A DNA stretch of 64,000 bases from an uncultured Ignavibacteria bacterium. Lineage in GTDB: Bacteria; Zixibacteria; MSB-5A5; SM1-73. The DNA lies in the NCBI GenBank assembly GCA_964403165.1, contig CAYOFL010000002.1, positions 5,139 to 69,138 on the forward strand. The letters are read 5' to 3'. Position 1 is the first letter of the stretch; each line of letters starts with the position of its first letter. Position numbers and translations under genes: made by a program. A model generated the notes under the pieces. The model saw only the letters and a program-made list of their open reading frames with translations. It was not told where the DNA came from and did no database searches. Shown piece after piece: positions 9,863 to 19,378 of the stretch.

Positions 9863-10336
9863 TCAAACAGAAGCTTTTCTGCCAACATATTTTCGCCGTA
9901 CTCGTTTTTTGAGCTCATCCAAAAGATAGTGCTTTGTGGTGTAAGGGCTGTTGGGCATGACTGCCTGTTTTGCCAATCTCTTCTTGGAGTTTATCACCAA
10001 AGGACCTAAAAGGTCGGCGGAAGCCAATGAAACATCTTGAGGAACCGTGACTATAACATAGGTCACCAGATCGCCGGAATTAGTATAATTTAGCTCTTCC
10101 AACTCTATCTCATTGATCTCCAGTTTAAAGTTGGGAAAGAACTTCTGAGGATCCATGATCACAAAAGCCACATTGGGATCCTCAATGGATTGCAGCCATT
10201 TGAACGGAGCAAATTCTTCTCTTTTAAGAACCACATATCGGGTTAGCTGTGAAAAACCAAGAACCCCCTTTGGAAAAAGGATTACTTCGGTCTCTTTAAA
10301 CTCGATCTCTCCAAATCTGGTAGTGACAAATTTCAT
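9863..10336 (-). CDS. fliW: flagellar assembly factor FliW
   Basis: MKFVTTRFGEIEFKETEVILFPKGVLGF...FVIMDP is typical of FliW. Start moved to the ATG at 10336. Confidence 0.85.
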   Translation of the reverse strand: MKFVTTRFGEIEFKETEVILFPKGVLGFSQLTRYVVLKREEFAPFKWLQSIEDPNVAFVIMDPQKFFPNFKLEINEIELEELNYTNSGDLVTYVIVTVPQDVSLASADLLGPLVINSKKRLAKQAVMPNSPYTTKHYLLDELKKRVRRKYVGRKASV

Positions 10337-10699
10337 TCTCCCCCCATGTGACCGAGTTTTAGGAATGTGCATTAATCTTAAACCAAAGACAGTTCGAATT
10401 CCATTTCATATCTATCCCCTTTAAACTGGAAGATCTTATGGGGACTCTTGCATACCAAGGCAGAACAAAAAAGCGAGCAACGTTTCTTTGCCTTTCCGCC
10501 TTCTCTAAATCATCTAACTTTCTTCGTAATAAACAAAGCTTGAATCAAAAGGTTTTGTGTTTGAGTGGCTCTTTTTCGAGCGATTTGATTTTTCATAGGA
10601 AAGATCCTGGGTTTGATCATGCCACCACCTTCTGAACTTCTCTACCTTTTGATTTAAATCCTCGCCTCTCTTTTTGTTTCTGTTTTTGAAAAACATGCC

Positions 10700-11035
10700 T
10701 CATCCCTTCGGTTTTGTTCTATTACCTCTTTTTGAGTTTTCCTTCTCATCCGATTTATTAGTCCGCAAAAGCTCAGAGGCGGAGCCTGACCCCTGCGGCT
10801 TCTGGTGGTCCTCTTTTAACTTAGCCGCGATTCTGAAAACCCCGTCCGCCGTGTTCTCAACCGCCCTTTTATTCTCCTCCTGGATTTTGAAATATATTTC
10901 CTCTCTATGTATGGTTACCCTCTGAGGAGCTATTATCCCCAGTCGAACCTGTCGTCCCCGCACCCCTAAAATGGTTATCTTGATATCATCTCCGATGGTA
11001 ACGCTTTCTCCCAACTTCCTGGTCAAAATCAGCAT
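10700..11035 (-). CDS. csrA: carbon storage regulator CsrA with an extended C-terminal tail
   Basis: [48 protein letters not shown] is a canonical CsrA core, followed by about 55 extra K/E/S-rich residues. Confidence 0.92.
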   Translation of the reverse strand: MLILTRKLGESVTIGDDIKITILGVRGRQVRLGIIAPQRVTIHREEIYFKIQEENKRAVENTADGVFRIAAKLKEDHQKPQGSGSASELLRTNKSDEKENSKRGNRTKPKG

Positions 11036-11294
11036 AGCCCCCTCTTTTCAAACTGAGATCTTTAGATGACTGAAAAGAGCACCCTGCTGGAAAATTTCCG
11101 ATCTTTTTAAAGTGCCAGATCACTTTAGATGATCAAAGTATCGAAAAATCTTTCAGAACATCCCCTCGTTTCTTTGGTCATCTCCATCTGCTGACGTAAT
11201 CTCGAACTCAATCGGCCGTCTTTTTTTCAAGCTTACATCTTTTAAGAATCGGTATTAAATTCAAATTTCTTAACTTTCCCTTCCGCTTTTCCTA

Positions 11295-11696
11295 TCACGA
11301 GATCAACTTATTATTAGCGGAAACTGATTTCAGCTTCTTTATGATATATAACACCCTTTGACTTTCAGCTAAAACCGACTCCAATGATCGTTCGATCTTT
11401 TCAATCAACTCTCTGTTTTTTTCCAACTCTATCTCCCCATGTCGGGAAAGCTTATAAAGTCTTCCTACCTCCATTCTTACTACCCGGATCATCCTGCTTA
11501 TGTCCGAAGTGGCGTGACCGGTCTGATCAACCAAATCTAAGATGTCATCATAAACTCGAGTGGAAATATTCCCCGTCTCCCTAGCCCTGGAGGCAACATA
11601 AGCTAAGTTGGACGCCATTCTCTTAGCCTGTGCGGAAAGCTCCTCCAGTGATTTCAATACGTCTGAAGCTTTTTCGATCTCCTGGGACTTAATCAT
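11295..11696 (-). CDS. hypothetical helical protein
   Basis: 133 aa with a GGGGGAG SD. It weakly resembles an MCP-signalling or coiled-coil segment. No confident family assignment. Confidence 0.45.
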   Translation of the reverse strand: MIKSQEIEKASDVLKSLEELSAQAKRMASNLAYVASRARETGNISTRVYDDILDLVDQTGHATSDISRMIRVVRMEVGRLYKLSRHGEIELEKNRELIEKIERSLESVLAESQRVLYIIKKLKSVSANNKLIS

Positions 11697-11773
11697 ATTC
11701 TCCCCCGCTGATTTATTTTGTTATCGGAATGAGTTTGCTAAAATGATAAAATGTAAAAAGATCAAACTCACCT

Positions 11774-12190
11774 TCAGACGCTCACCAACTCCCTTATTTT
11801 CTTTTTAAGTTTTTCCAAATTGGGGGATTTCACCAAGTATGCATCTGCCAGCCATGACTGAAAGTCACTTTTGTAGGTGGAATATGCTGAATTCAGTATG
11901 ATGGGAGTGCTTTTATTGAGCTTTCTCAAACCACCCAACACGTCCAGACCGTCCTGGTCTTGCAGTTTGATATCCAGAATCACCAGATTTAAGGATTCCT
12001 CTTCAGCTATCCTCAAAGCCTCCTCCCCTCGGGTGGTGGTTCTCACCTCATACCCTTCTTCTGAAAGTTCCTTTTCATACAGCTTTAGAATGTGTTCCTC
12101 ATCATCCACCACCAATATGTTCACCCTGGTGGATGAATTGATCGGGTTTCGTTTGAGCTGTGGCTCTACTTTAGATTGCTTAATTTGCAC
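11774..12190 (-). CDS. CheY-like response regulator (receiver domain only)
   Basis: Acidic pocket ILVVDDE, phospho-acceptor LVILDIKL, and a later conserved T/K region (PIILNSAY..K). Confidence 0.9.
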   Translation of the reverse strand: MQIKQSKVEPQLKRNPINSSTRVNILVVDDEEHILKLYEKELSEEGYEVRTTTRGEEALRIAEEESLNLVILDIKLQDQDGLDVLGGLRKLNKSTPIILNSAYSTYKSDFQSWLADAYLVKSPNLEKLKKKIRELVSV

Positions 12191-12205
12191 CTTTTCCTCC
12201 CTGTT

Positions 12206-14068
12206 TTAAGATTTAACTTGAGTTTCGGATGGTTGGCCAGTCATTTCATCCTCTGTCAAGGGTAGTTCTATGTAGAAGGTAGCTCCTCTCCCTTCCGTGC
12301 TCCCCACACCAATGTTGCCTCCATGATTTTCGATTATCTCTGAGCTTATGGTCAGTCCCAGGCCGCAGGCTTCAGATTTGGTGGTGAAGAAGGCATCGAA
12401 GATTTTGCCTACGTGTTCCCCAGAAATGCCAAAGCCGGTATCTTTAATCTCTATCCTCACAAATTTGTCTGTCTGTTTGGTGGTGACGGACAATATACCT
12501 CCCTGAGGCATGGCCCAGATTGCATTGCGGAGGATGTTTAACAGAGCCTGGCGTATAAGATCAGGATTAGCCCGAACAGAAGAGAGATTGGGAGAAGGAA
12601 ACTTAACCATCGAGATCTTAGTGGAATCTATTTCCGGCTCCATCATTTCAAAGGTCTGATCCACCAGTTCATTAATGTTGACCGTGCTAAGATGAGATTT
12701 ATCGGGCTTGGAAAAATTGAGCACGTTGTTCAAAACGTTCTCCATCCTCTCGGTCTCTTTGGCTATGATCTTTATATATTCATAATCTGTACTTTTTGTG
12801 TCCATCTTCCTTAAAATCGAATGGGCAAATCCACCGATGACGGTCATGGGATTTCGCAACTCGTGTGCCACCTGAGAGGTGATCTGTCCCAGGACTGACA
12901 GCTTCTCCATCTTCAAAAGCGTTTTGGTGTTTTCTGCGATTCTTCTGTTGGCTTCTGCTAATTTACTTACCTTCTCTGCCAGCTCCCGATAGAGTTGAGA
13001 GCTTTCTATTGCCGCCGAAGCATGATTAGCACAGATGGAAAGAAGCTTGATGTTCTCATCTTCGATGGGTTTTCGGTTAATCCGATTGTCGGCTACGATG
13101 ACTCCAAGCATTTTGTCCTTGGATACAAGAGGAGCTACCGCAAATTGATCGGTTTGCAGTATCTCAAAAAGATTTTTATCTGTTTTTCCTTCTCCTGGGG
13201 TGATGTTAAATGCTCTCTTATTTAACATCGACTGAATCAGTGGATTTCTTTCGTCTGAGAGCGGAATTTTAAGCTTTTTTACTATTTGATTGACCAAAAC
13301 ATCTTTATCTTTCAAAGCGTCCTTGTATGAGTGCAGTATATCTTCTAAGGACTGTTCCCGAGCTGAAAGGGCATCCCAGATTCTTTTTGCCTCCTCCGGA
13401 TTAGAAGGGCCGATGGCCATCTTTCCCTCTAACATGGTTCCCCTCTGGTTTAGAAGCAAAAGGAAGGCGCGATTGAATCCCAATCCCTGTCCGGCGGTAA
13501 CACCGATTAAGACGATTTGAAGTATCTCCTCCAAATTAAGAGTGCTTCGTAAAACTTTGCCTAACTCACACAGGATGGAAAGCTCATTTATCTTTTTCTG
13601 CAGATTCGAATGCAAGCTTAATATGCTAAAGACATCCTCAACCCAACCAATTGCTCCCACCGTCCTTTTTGCTTCGTCTTTGACCGGGAAGGTCCGGATG
13701 AAGAGATTTGAGTTTTCAAAATCATTCACCTTTACTGACAACGGCTCACCGGAGAGCACACAGCTTTTAACCTGTGTGGAAATCTGATGCTTTAATGATT
13801 CTCTTTCTTTAAGCTTGGTTTCGCCTTCCCTTTCTAACAACTTAGACAAATATCTGTTCACATACTCCAATTTTCCTAAAGATGAGCTTCTGAACATCCC
13901 TATGGGTAGATTGTCCAAAAGGTCTTTCAAATCTTTGAACCCGGAGTTTGCTATCTTTAAAGTTTGATCTGATTTAGCCACATTCTGCATAAATGTCATC
14001 TCGGAATCAATCGATTTTGATGGTTTTAAAGCAAAAGGTGTTGCCTGAAATTGGCTTTGGGAGCCCAA
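12206..14068 (-). CDS. PAS/GAF sensor histidine kinase
   Basis: GAF-like middle region, H-box SQVAHELRNPMTVI, N-box LRNAIWAM, and G-boxes IKDTGFGI and GLGLTIS. Confidence 0.9.
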   Translation of the reverse strand: MGSQSQFQATPFALKPSKSIDSEMTFMQNVAKSDQTLKIANSGFKDLKDLLDNLPIGMFRSSSLGKLEYVNRYLSKLLEREGETKLKERESLKHQISTQVKSCVLSGEPLSVKVNDFENSNLFIRTFPVKDEAKRTVGAIGWVEDVFSILSLHSNLQKKINELSILCELGKVLRSTLNLEEILQIVLIGVTAGQGLGFNRAFLLLLNQRGTMLEGKMAIGPSNPEEAKRIWDALSAREQSLEDILHSYKDALKDKDVLVNQIVKKLKIPLSDERNPLIQSMLNKRAFNITPGEGKTDKNLFEILQTDQFAVAPLVSKDKMLGVIVADNRINRKPIEDENIKLLSICANHASAAIESSQLYRELAEKVSKLAEANRRIAENTKTLLKMEKLSVLGQITSQVAHELRNPMTVIGGFAHSILRKMDTKSTDYEYIKIIAKETERMENVLNNVLNFSKPDKSHLSTVNINELVDQTFEMMEPEIDSTKISMVKFPSPNLSSVRANPDLIRQALLNILRNAIWAMPQGGILSVTTKQTDKFVRIEIKDTGFGISGEHVGKIFDAFFTTKSEACGLGLTISSEIIENHGGNIGVGSTEGRGATFYIELPLTEDEMTGQPSETQVKS

Positions 14069-14087
14069 GCTTCCTATGTTACCAGAC

Positions 14088-14972
14088 CTAATTTCTTTTC
14101 AGCAGTCTTTCTGTAGCTTTAGTAATTTGATTTACCTCATTTTTGATCTGTTTTAACCCGCGTTTGAACTCAACGTCAGACTTTTTACTCGACCGCAGTG
14201 GTTTCGCCTCCTGTCGGGGTGAGAAGCTGTTCAAAAGAAAGGAAGCATTTTCCGCTATGCTAAAAAGTGGGGTTTTGATCTTTTGGTTTAGGCTCTCTAA
14301 CAGTTGTGGGGTAGGAATTATGCTGTTCATTCGGGTGATTTTTTCCTCAAGCTCTCTGGAGTGTTCCCTTGCCTGAAAAATCTCCTCTTGGAGCCTTTCT
14401 TGCTCTGAATGATAAAACATCCTTTCTAAGCTTAATGTCACTGGAATAGAGATTAAGCTTAAAAACTTCACATCTTCCGGTTCAAAAGCGTGTGCTTTTA
14501 TGTGGCCTAAATTCATAACCCCAAAGAGCTCGCTATCTAAAATCAGAGGTACGGCAAGAAAAGACTTGATGCCTCCTCCCCTTCTTTTTCGGTGCAGATT
14601 GGAGAGAAGAATGGGTCTCTTCTCCTTAGCAACCCAGGCAGAGAGTCCTATTCCTACATCGAATCTAATGAAGTCTACTAAATCCACCTTCTTTCCTATT
14701 GAAGCTACCTCCTCCAATTGATTTTTCTTTTTATCTAATAAAAAGAGACTGGCTTGACTGAACTCCACAGATTTGCCAATCAAATTCAATATCCTTTCGA
14801 AGACTTTTCTCCCTTGGGTTGATTGTTCAATCATCTTACAGATGCTGATCAACACGTCAAAATCGATTTTCTGGTTTTCAAGGTTTTGATTTACATGCAA
14901 AAGTTTTTGCCTTTCGGCAAGTCTTGAGAATTTAGCAATTTTTTTATTTTTCCCCTTAGTCCTCTTTTGCAT
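14088..14972 (-). CDS. GAF-domain protein with a degenerate DHp-like tail (no acceptor His, no ATPase domain)
   Basis: GAF-like core, then LNQKIKTPLFSI in place of the HELRTPL H-box (H replaced by Q). The ORF ends before any HATPase motif. Confidence 0.7.
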   Translation of the reverse strand: MQKRTKGKNKKIAKFSRLAERQKLLHVNQNLENQKIDFDVLISICKMIEQSTQGRKVFERILNLIGKSVEFSQASLFLLDKKKNQLEEVASIGKKVDLVDFIRFDVGIGLSAWVAKEKRPILLSNLHRKRRGGGIKSFLAVPLILDSELFGVMNLGHIKAHAFEPEDVKFLSLISIPVTLSLERMFYHSEQERLQEEIFQAREHSRELEEKITRMNSIIPTPQLLESLNQKIKTPLFSIAENASFLLNSFSPRQEAKPLRSSKKSDVEFKRGLKQIKNEVNQITKATERLLKRN

Positions 14973-15221
14973 TTTTATGTGCCCCCAATTTATTAAGGTT
15001 TAAGTGATATGGCATTTCAAAGACTCCAAGCTTAGGGATATGACGTCCCCTGTGGGGATTATCCCTTTTTCCATTTAGCCTTTTTGAAAGATTCAAAAAA
15101 CCCTAAAGCCCCCATGAGCCGCCCCTTATGATCGCTTATGAAGCCGCAAAAGAGAGGTGCTCTTATTTGAAATTATCCCGCTTTTCCGGCACTGGAGAAA
15201 AACACCAACAGGTCATTTAGG

Positions 15222-15253
15222 TCTCATTTGAGTCAACTGACAACTGACCTGCG
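15222..15253. repeat. Repeat module shared with 41858-41883
   Basis: tctcatttgagtcaactgaCAACTGAcctgcgg. The 41.8-kb copy lacks the extra 7-nt caactga duplication. Confidence 0.7.
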
Positions 15254-15268
15254 GAATTCCATCTACTT

Positions 15269-15775
15269 TTATCTGGTGGCAAGCTCAGTGGTGCGCAAGT
15301 AGCTGGAAATGATCTCTCGCAGTTTGCGGCCAAAACTTGTCACTTTCACCGGCAAGCGTTCAATCTGCTCCGAAGAGGTGAGCTTTTCTAATTCCTCTCG
15401 GGAGGAAAATTCCACTCCTACCAAGAAATCCTCCTCCTCTGAGGGCTCCACCCTTTTGATTTTTCCCAATACCCCTTCCAGAGTCACCAATTTATTCAGG
15501 TTCAGACTCAAAAGCACAAAACCTTCTTCCGGTACGGGGTAGTCGGTGAGCAGGAGCATCCCTCCCTCGCTCAGATTGAGAATTGCGCCAGAGATTCTTT
15601 CTTTGGACAGTTTTATCTTTCCTTTTTTACATGCCAGCAGACGAAACCGGGCAGGAGAGAATAACTCTATGCGAATATATTTGCGCCCACCAGATGTTTT
15701 GATTGGGAATGGAGTTTTTTCTAAGGTAATAGCTTTAGACTCGGTCTTCACATCTAACTTCTTTAAATCCTGCAA
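15269..15775 (-). CDS. PilZ domain protein (c-di-GMP receptor type)
   Basis: RxxxR motif (RKYIR) and D/NxSxxG motif (NLSEGG) at PilZ spacing. Confidence 0.8.
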   Translation of the reverse strand: MQDLKKLDVKTESKAITLEKTPFPIKTSGGRKYIRIELFSPARFRLLACKKGKIKLSKERISGAILNLSEGGMLLLTDYPVPEEGFVLLSLNLNKLVTLEGVLGKIKRVEPSEEEDFLVGVEFSSREELEKLTSSEQIERLPVKVTSFGRKLREIISSYLRTTELATR

Positions 15776-15885
15776 AATCTCTCCTCCTTTCTAACCCTTC
15801 TTTAAAAACTCCCTCTAGTAAAGAAGGGATTTATGGCTAATCTGATTGAAGCATCTTGTCTTTACCTGATATAGGGACCCCGAAC

Positions 15886-17298
15886 TTACAATTTCAATTG
15901 GTGGAGTGCTTCCTGGTTTTTCTTAACCTCCGGGAGTATGCCAAATCTCAGAGAAAATCCCATTTCGGTGTCTGAAATTTTTTTAAACTTGATGTCGCCG
16001 TGATTTCTGTTTAGGATTTGAGAAACCATCCTGAGTCGATCATCTGTCTCCACATCAGTGAAGTCCGGGTATTCACCTGTTTTTATCTCTTTTGCACTCC
16101 AGTACATATCCAGGCAAAGTGACTCTTCTTCTGTGAATGTTTGTAAGCGAATGCTTCCGCCGGAAGAGAGGCGATCTCCAATCTCCCAGATCAGGCTTAA
16201 GAAAGCCAGTTCCAGCTCTCCAGGACTTCCATATACAAGAGGTAGATCATTACCCAGGTTTAGTTCCAATCTGATTTCTTTCGACTCCAATATGCATTTG
16301 ATCGGAACCATAACGCTTTTTAAGATATGCTGAATGTTTACTTCTTTTGCGTCAGTGGTTTGATCAAATTGTCTGTGCAGATGATCTGAAAAGTCTTTCA
16401 AAATCAAGCAAGTGCGATTCGCATTCCCTTCGATCATTTCCAAGTTGCTGATATTTGAAGGTGCCTTTTGCGACTTTTTCTCATTCATTTTTAAAAGTTG
16501 CGCTCTACCCAGGATTATCTGAAGGGAGTTGTTTATCTCGTGCACAACGGCTTTGGATAGTTCTGTCGTGGTAAAAAGTTTCTCGGTTTCAATATGGTAA
16601 GACTTGTCTCTGTTTGGGTGGAGTGAAGAACCTTTGAGAGAGGAATTCTCAATACAGGAGCCCAAAAGCTCCACCCAGAAAAGCATATCTGCATATTTTT
16701 TCTTCTTGGTGGGAATACCCTGTTTGAAGTGCGCCACCCAAAATCCGTCTTTTTTGCCTAAAATCTTAAATGGGATTACCAGAAGGTTACCCTCTTTTTT
16801 TGCTGGGAAAATCATCCTTCTTTTCTGATCAATTGCACGAAAGATATTGCCTCCACTCCATAAAGCTTTTACCTCATCCTCAAACTCTTCTGAGGATTCT
16901 GAGTATAAGGCCAGCCTTGGGGAGCCACCATTTCCATCGTCAAGAAGAAAAATCCCACAATGTTCAAAACCGTATGATTGTCTTAAGAAATCCAAAAGCC
17001 AGGAAAGTCGAAAGGAAAGCACGGGCTCGGTGAACACATTTTGCCGGGGTGGCATCTGTGAAAGTCTGCTGAAGCCCGGATCATCCGAATTAAGCTTCTT
17101 TTTCTCAGAGGGTGATATCATCTGAAAAAGTTGGCTGTTGACAAAAGCAAGCTTATTCAACTTGCATTTTAAGGAAAGAAGCAATTTTTGTAATTCTCTT
17201 TTTCTCTGATGAGGCTGAGGTGGTTGATTTTCTTCAAACACCTCGGTCATCTGATTATTTAGCAGAGTAAGGTCTTCGGACGCCTGGCAAGATTTCAT
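15886..17298 (-). CDS. sensor histidine kinase-like protein with a divergent catalytic domain
   Basis: H-box VVHEINNSLQIILGRAQLL. The C-terminal ATPase region has weak N/G boxes. Confidence 0.65.
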   Translation of the reverse strand: MKSCQASEDLTLLNNQMTEVFEENQPPQPHQRKRELQKLLLSLKCKLNKLAFVNSQLFQMISPSEKKKLNSDDPGFSRLSQMPPRQNVFTEPVLSFRLSWLLDFLRQSYGFEHCGIFLLDDGNGGSPRLALYSESSEEFEDEVKALWSGGNIFRAIDQKRRMIFPAKKEGNLLVIPFKILGKKDGFWVAHFKQGIPTKKKKYADMLFWVELLGSCIENSSLKGSSLHPNRDKSYHIETEKLFTTTELSKAVVHEINNSLQIILGRAQLLKMNEKKSQKAPSNISNLEMIEGNANRTCLILKDFSDHLHRQFDQTTDAKEVNIQHILKSVMVPIKCILESKEIRLELNLGNDLPLVYGSPGELELAFLSLIWEIGDRLSSGGSIRLQTFTEEESLCLDMYWSAKEIKTGEYPDFTDVETDDRLRMVSQILNRNHGDIKFKKISDTEMGFSLRFGILPEVKKNQEALHQLKL

Positions 17299-17343
17299 GT
17301 GATTCCTCCAGATTTTTTGAATAGAAACTCTTATCTCTTGCTC

Positions 17344-18102
17344 TTACAGAGCAAATTTTTCCTTGACCATCCCCCTGAGTTTCAAAACTGCCTTAGTATG
17401 TATCTGGGAGACCCTGGATTCGGATATCTGCATCACCTCGCCGATCTCTTTTAAGGTCAGTTCCTCATAATAATACAAAGCCACCACTAATCTTTCCTGT
17501 TCGGATAGATGACTTATAGCCTGGATCAGATACGCTTTAAGCTCCTCCTTTTCCATATCTCCCAAAATACCTTCACACCTCAAATCCTCTAAGGTCTCCA
17601 CCCGGGGAATCTGTCGATTATCCTCCTCCTTATAAATCAGCTCATCCAAGGATAGTATGGTGGTGGAAGCAACATCATCCAATGTGGAGAAAAGCTCATT
17701 TGATGAGATCTTCAAAGATTTGGCAAGCTCTCTGTTGGAGGGGGGGCGGCCCAGCTGGTTTTGCAGCTTGCTTGTAGTCTTATCGATCTCTCTGGATTTT
17801 GCTCTGGTGGAGCGGGGCACCCAATCCAAAGAGCGGAGCTCATCCAAGATGGCTCCCCTTATTCGCGGGACCGCATAGGTTTCAAATTTTACTCCACGGG
17901 AGGGATCAAAATTGGACAAAGCTTCAATCAGTCCTATGACTCCGGTGTTGACCAAATCGGAAAGTTCCACCGATTTAGGAAACCCCAAAGCCATCCTTCC
18001 AGCCACGTTTTTCACCAGAGGCAGATATTCCTTCAAGAGTTTCTGTCTTACCTGCGGATCATTGTCTTTTTTAAACTGCACCCATTCCTTAGGGCCTGCC
18101 AT
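17344..18102 (-). CDS. fliA: RNA polymerase sigma-28 factor (FliA/WhiG family)
   Basis: Region 2 (DLVNTGVIGLIEALSNFDPSRGVKFETYAVPRIRGAILDELR) and region 4 (LVVALYYYEELTLKEIGEVMQISESRVSQIHTKAV). Confidence 0.9.
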   Translation of the reverse strand: MAGPKEWVQFKKDNDPQVRQKLLKEYLPLVKNVAGRMALGFPKSVELSDLVNTGVIGLIEALSNFDPSRGVKFETYAVPRIRGAILDELRSLDWVPRSTRAKSREIDKTTSKLQNQLGRPPSNRELAKSLKISSNELFSTLDDVASTTILSLDELIYKEEDNRQIPRVETLEDLRCEGILGDMEKEELKAYLIQAISHLSEQERLVVALYYYEELTLKEIGEVMQISESRVSQIHTKAVLKLRGMVKEKFAL

Positions 18103-18862
18103 TTAATCTACCTCACTTTGCCAGGGTTTAAATTCCCTGGATACACATTGCTCTGTGTATCCCATCTTTTTTAAGATTGATCGAAAAAGTGTATAATTTG
18201 GGGTATCGTTTTATATATCGTCTCTGATTTGCCGATTCTTTAATCTTGGAAAGAATGCAATCCAAAGCTTTAAGTAAGAAAAGTTGACGCACAAGAAATG
18301 GACTTCTTAGTAGTAGGGAATTCAATTTCAGACTAATTGAGGGCAAATGACTTTGGGTCATAGGAATTGGTTTAAACAGATCAACCAAAGTTGAACCAAA
18401 TTCTGGCAAGAGAGTTTTGTTAAATTGTGAAGCAAGATTGCAAGCCAAGCGCATCCTCAATTCTTTCAGTTCCGTTTAGTTTTTCAGTTCCACCTTCTTC
18501 ATACAGCCTTGAAAACTTTTGCAAACTTTGTGCCAAAGCTGTTGAAAAGGGAGGTAATTAGATGTAATTATCTGAGGTGTAATGAATTAACCCAATTAGA
18601 TTAGATGTCAGTTTAAGTCAACCAAGAGACTGTTTAGGAAAAACTTTCCTAAAACAGGCGGAAAAATATTCCGACCTTTAGTTAGCTATGTGGACTTTGG
18701 TAGGTGGAAAAACAACATTTCAGGGAAGGGCAAATTGCATCTGCTGTGTGAGGAAAAAACTCAGCAAATGGTTCATACCAGAGGAGGGGGACGGGGTAGC
18801 CGCAGGCTTATGGTTATCAACTAATTATCTTGGCGATTTGGAAAACGGAGACCCGTCTGGGA

Positions 18863-18990
18863 GAGTAAGAAAAGGAGTGCGCCCCGCCTTTGGCGGGGCG
18901 CTGCGGAAGCCCCGCGAAGCGGGATCTTCGACTTCGCTTCCGCACTCCAAAGCGAATTTGTCAAATTAAATAGTTGGTGACCATTAGCCT
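18863..18990. repeat. Branched GC-hairpin element, copy 1 of 2
   Basis: ggagtgcg[ccccgcctttggcgggg]cgct[gcggaagc..gcttccgc]actcc plus the tail aaagcgaatttgtcaaattaaatagttggtgaccat. Same as 32098-32198 but with a 24-nt extra hairpin. Confidence 0.85.
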
Positions 18991-19002
18991 GCGGAGTGGA
19001 AA

Positions 19003-19036
19003 TTATAGTTGCGTCAGGAGCTCCATTTCTGACGTG
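19003..19036. repeat. Partial copy of the 21046/61845 element
   Basis: attatagttgcgtcaggagct...ctgacg matches the 5' end of the 21046 element. Confidence 0.6.
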
Positions 19037-19092
19037 TAATAGTTAAGACTTAATCTGAGATTCCGGTATGAGAAGAGAAGTATCCTGCTTAA

Positions 19093-19146
19093 GGCGGGTG
19101 TTCTTCACCCGCCGTCCATCACCCGTTGGTGAAGAACACCAACGGG
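19093..19146. repeat. Twin hairpins with complementary loops
   Basis: ggcgggtg-ttctt-cacccgcc and cccgttggtg-aagaa-caccaacggg. The tops of the two hairpins (ggtgttcttcacc / ggtgaagaacacc) are also complementary to each other. Confidence 0.7.
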
Positions 19147-19187
19147 AAGCAAGGATTTTGGCAGGTTGAAAAAGCAACATTTCTTGG

Positions 19188-19216
19188 TTGACAAACCACT
19201 TATCCGAGCATATTAT
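19188..19216 (+). promoter_or_regulatory. Putative sigma-70-type promoter
   Basis: TTGACA, 17 nt, TATTAT, about 165 nt upstream of the TPR gene. Confidence 0.5.
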
Positions 19217-19240
19217 TTAGCTTGGTTACAGATTTTTGTA

Positions 19241-19350
19241 GTTCGTAGGGACAGGGCTTGTCCCTGTCCGAATTTAGAACCGGACAGACACATCAAATAA
19301 GTTCGTAGGGACAGGGCTTGTCCCTGTCCAAATTTAGAACCGGACAGATA
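19241..19350 (+). repeat. Tandem direct repeat (2 x ~60 bp) of a hairpin module
   Basis: gttcgtagggacagggcttgtccctgtccRaatttagaaccggacaga occurs at 19241 and again at 19301. Confidence 0.9.
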
Positions 19351-19378
19351 TAAATAAAAACTCTAACCAAAAGGGCTT

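Noticed and set aside
10514-10696. 60-aa highly basic ORF between csrA and fliW
   Set aside because: I see no convincing SD and no recognisable family, and its composition is low-complexity K/R/S. It is kept only as a remark under the csrA finding.
11697-11773. Sigma-28 promoter upstream of the 133-aa ORF (CCGATAA -10-like element)
   Set aside because: Only the -10 half resembles the consensus (GCCGATAA). There is no TAAA -35 element at the correct 15-nt spacing.
18128-18460. 110-aa ORF upstream of fliA
   Set aside because: It has no SD and no recognisable motifs, its composition is typical of AT-rich non-coding sequence, and it overlaps the probable fliA promoter region.
18688-18969. 93-aa ORF. 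The same applies to ORFs at 32028-32243, 53143-53667, 56476-56927 and 61340-61729.
   Set aside because: All of them lie on GC-rich hairpin repeat elements. Their R/G/P-rich translations and overlapping two-strand ORFs are typical of non-coding structured repeats.
19241-19350. Possible CRISPR array (repeated ~60-nt units containing palindromes)
   Set aside because: There are only two directly abutting units with no unique spacers. The units belong to the dispersed GTAGGGACA hairpin family, and there are no cas genes nearby.
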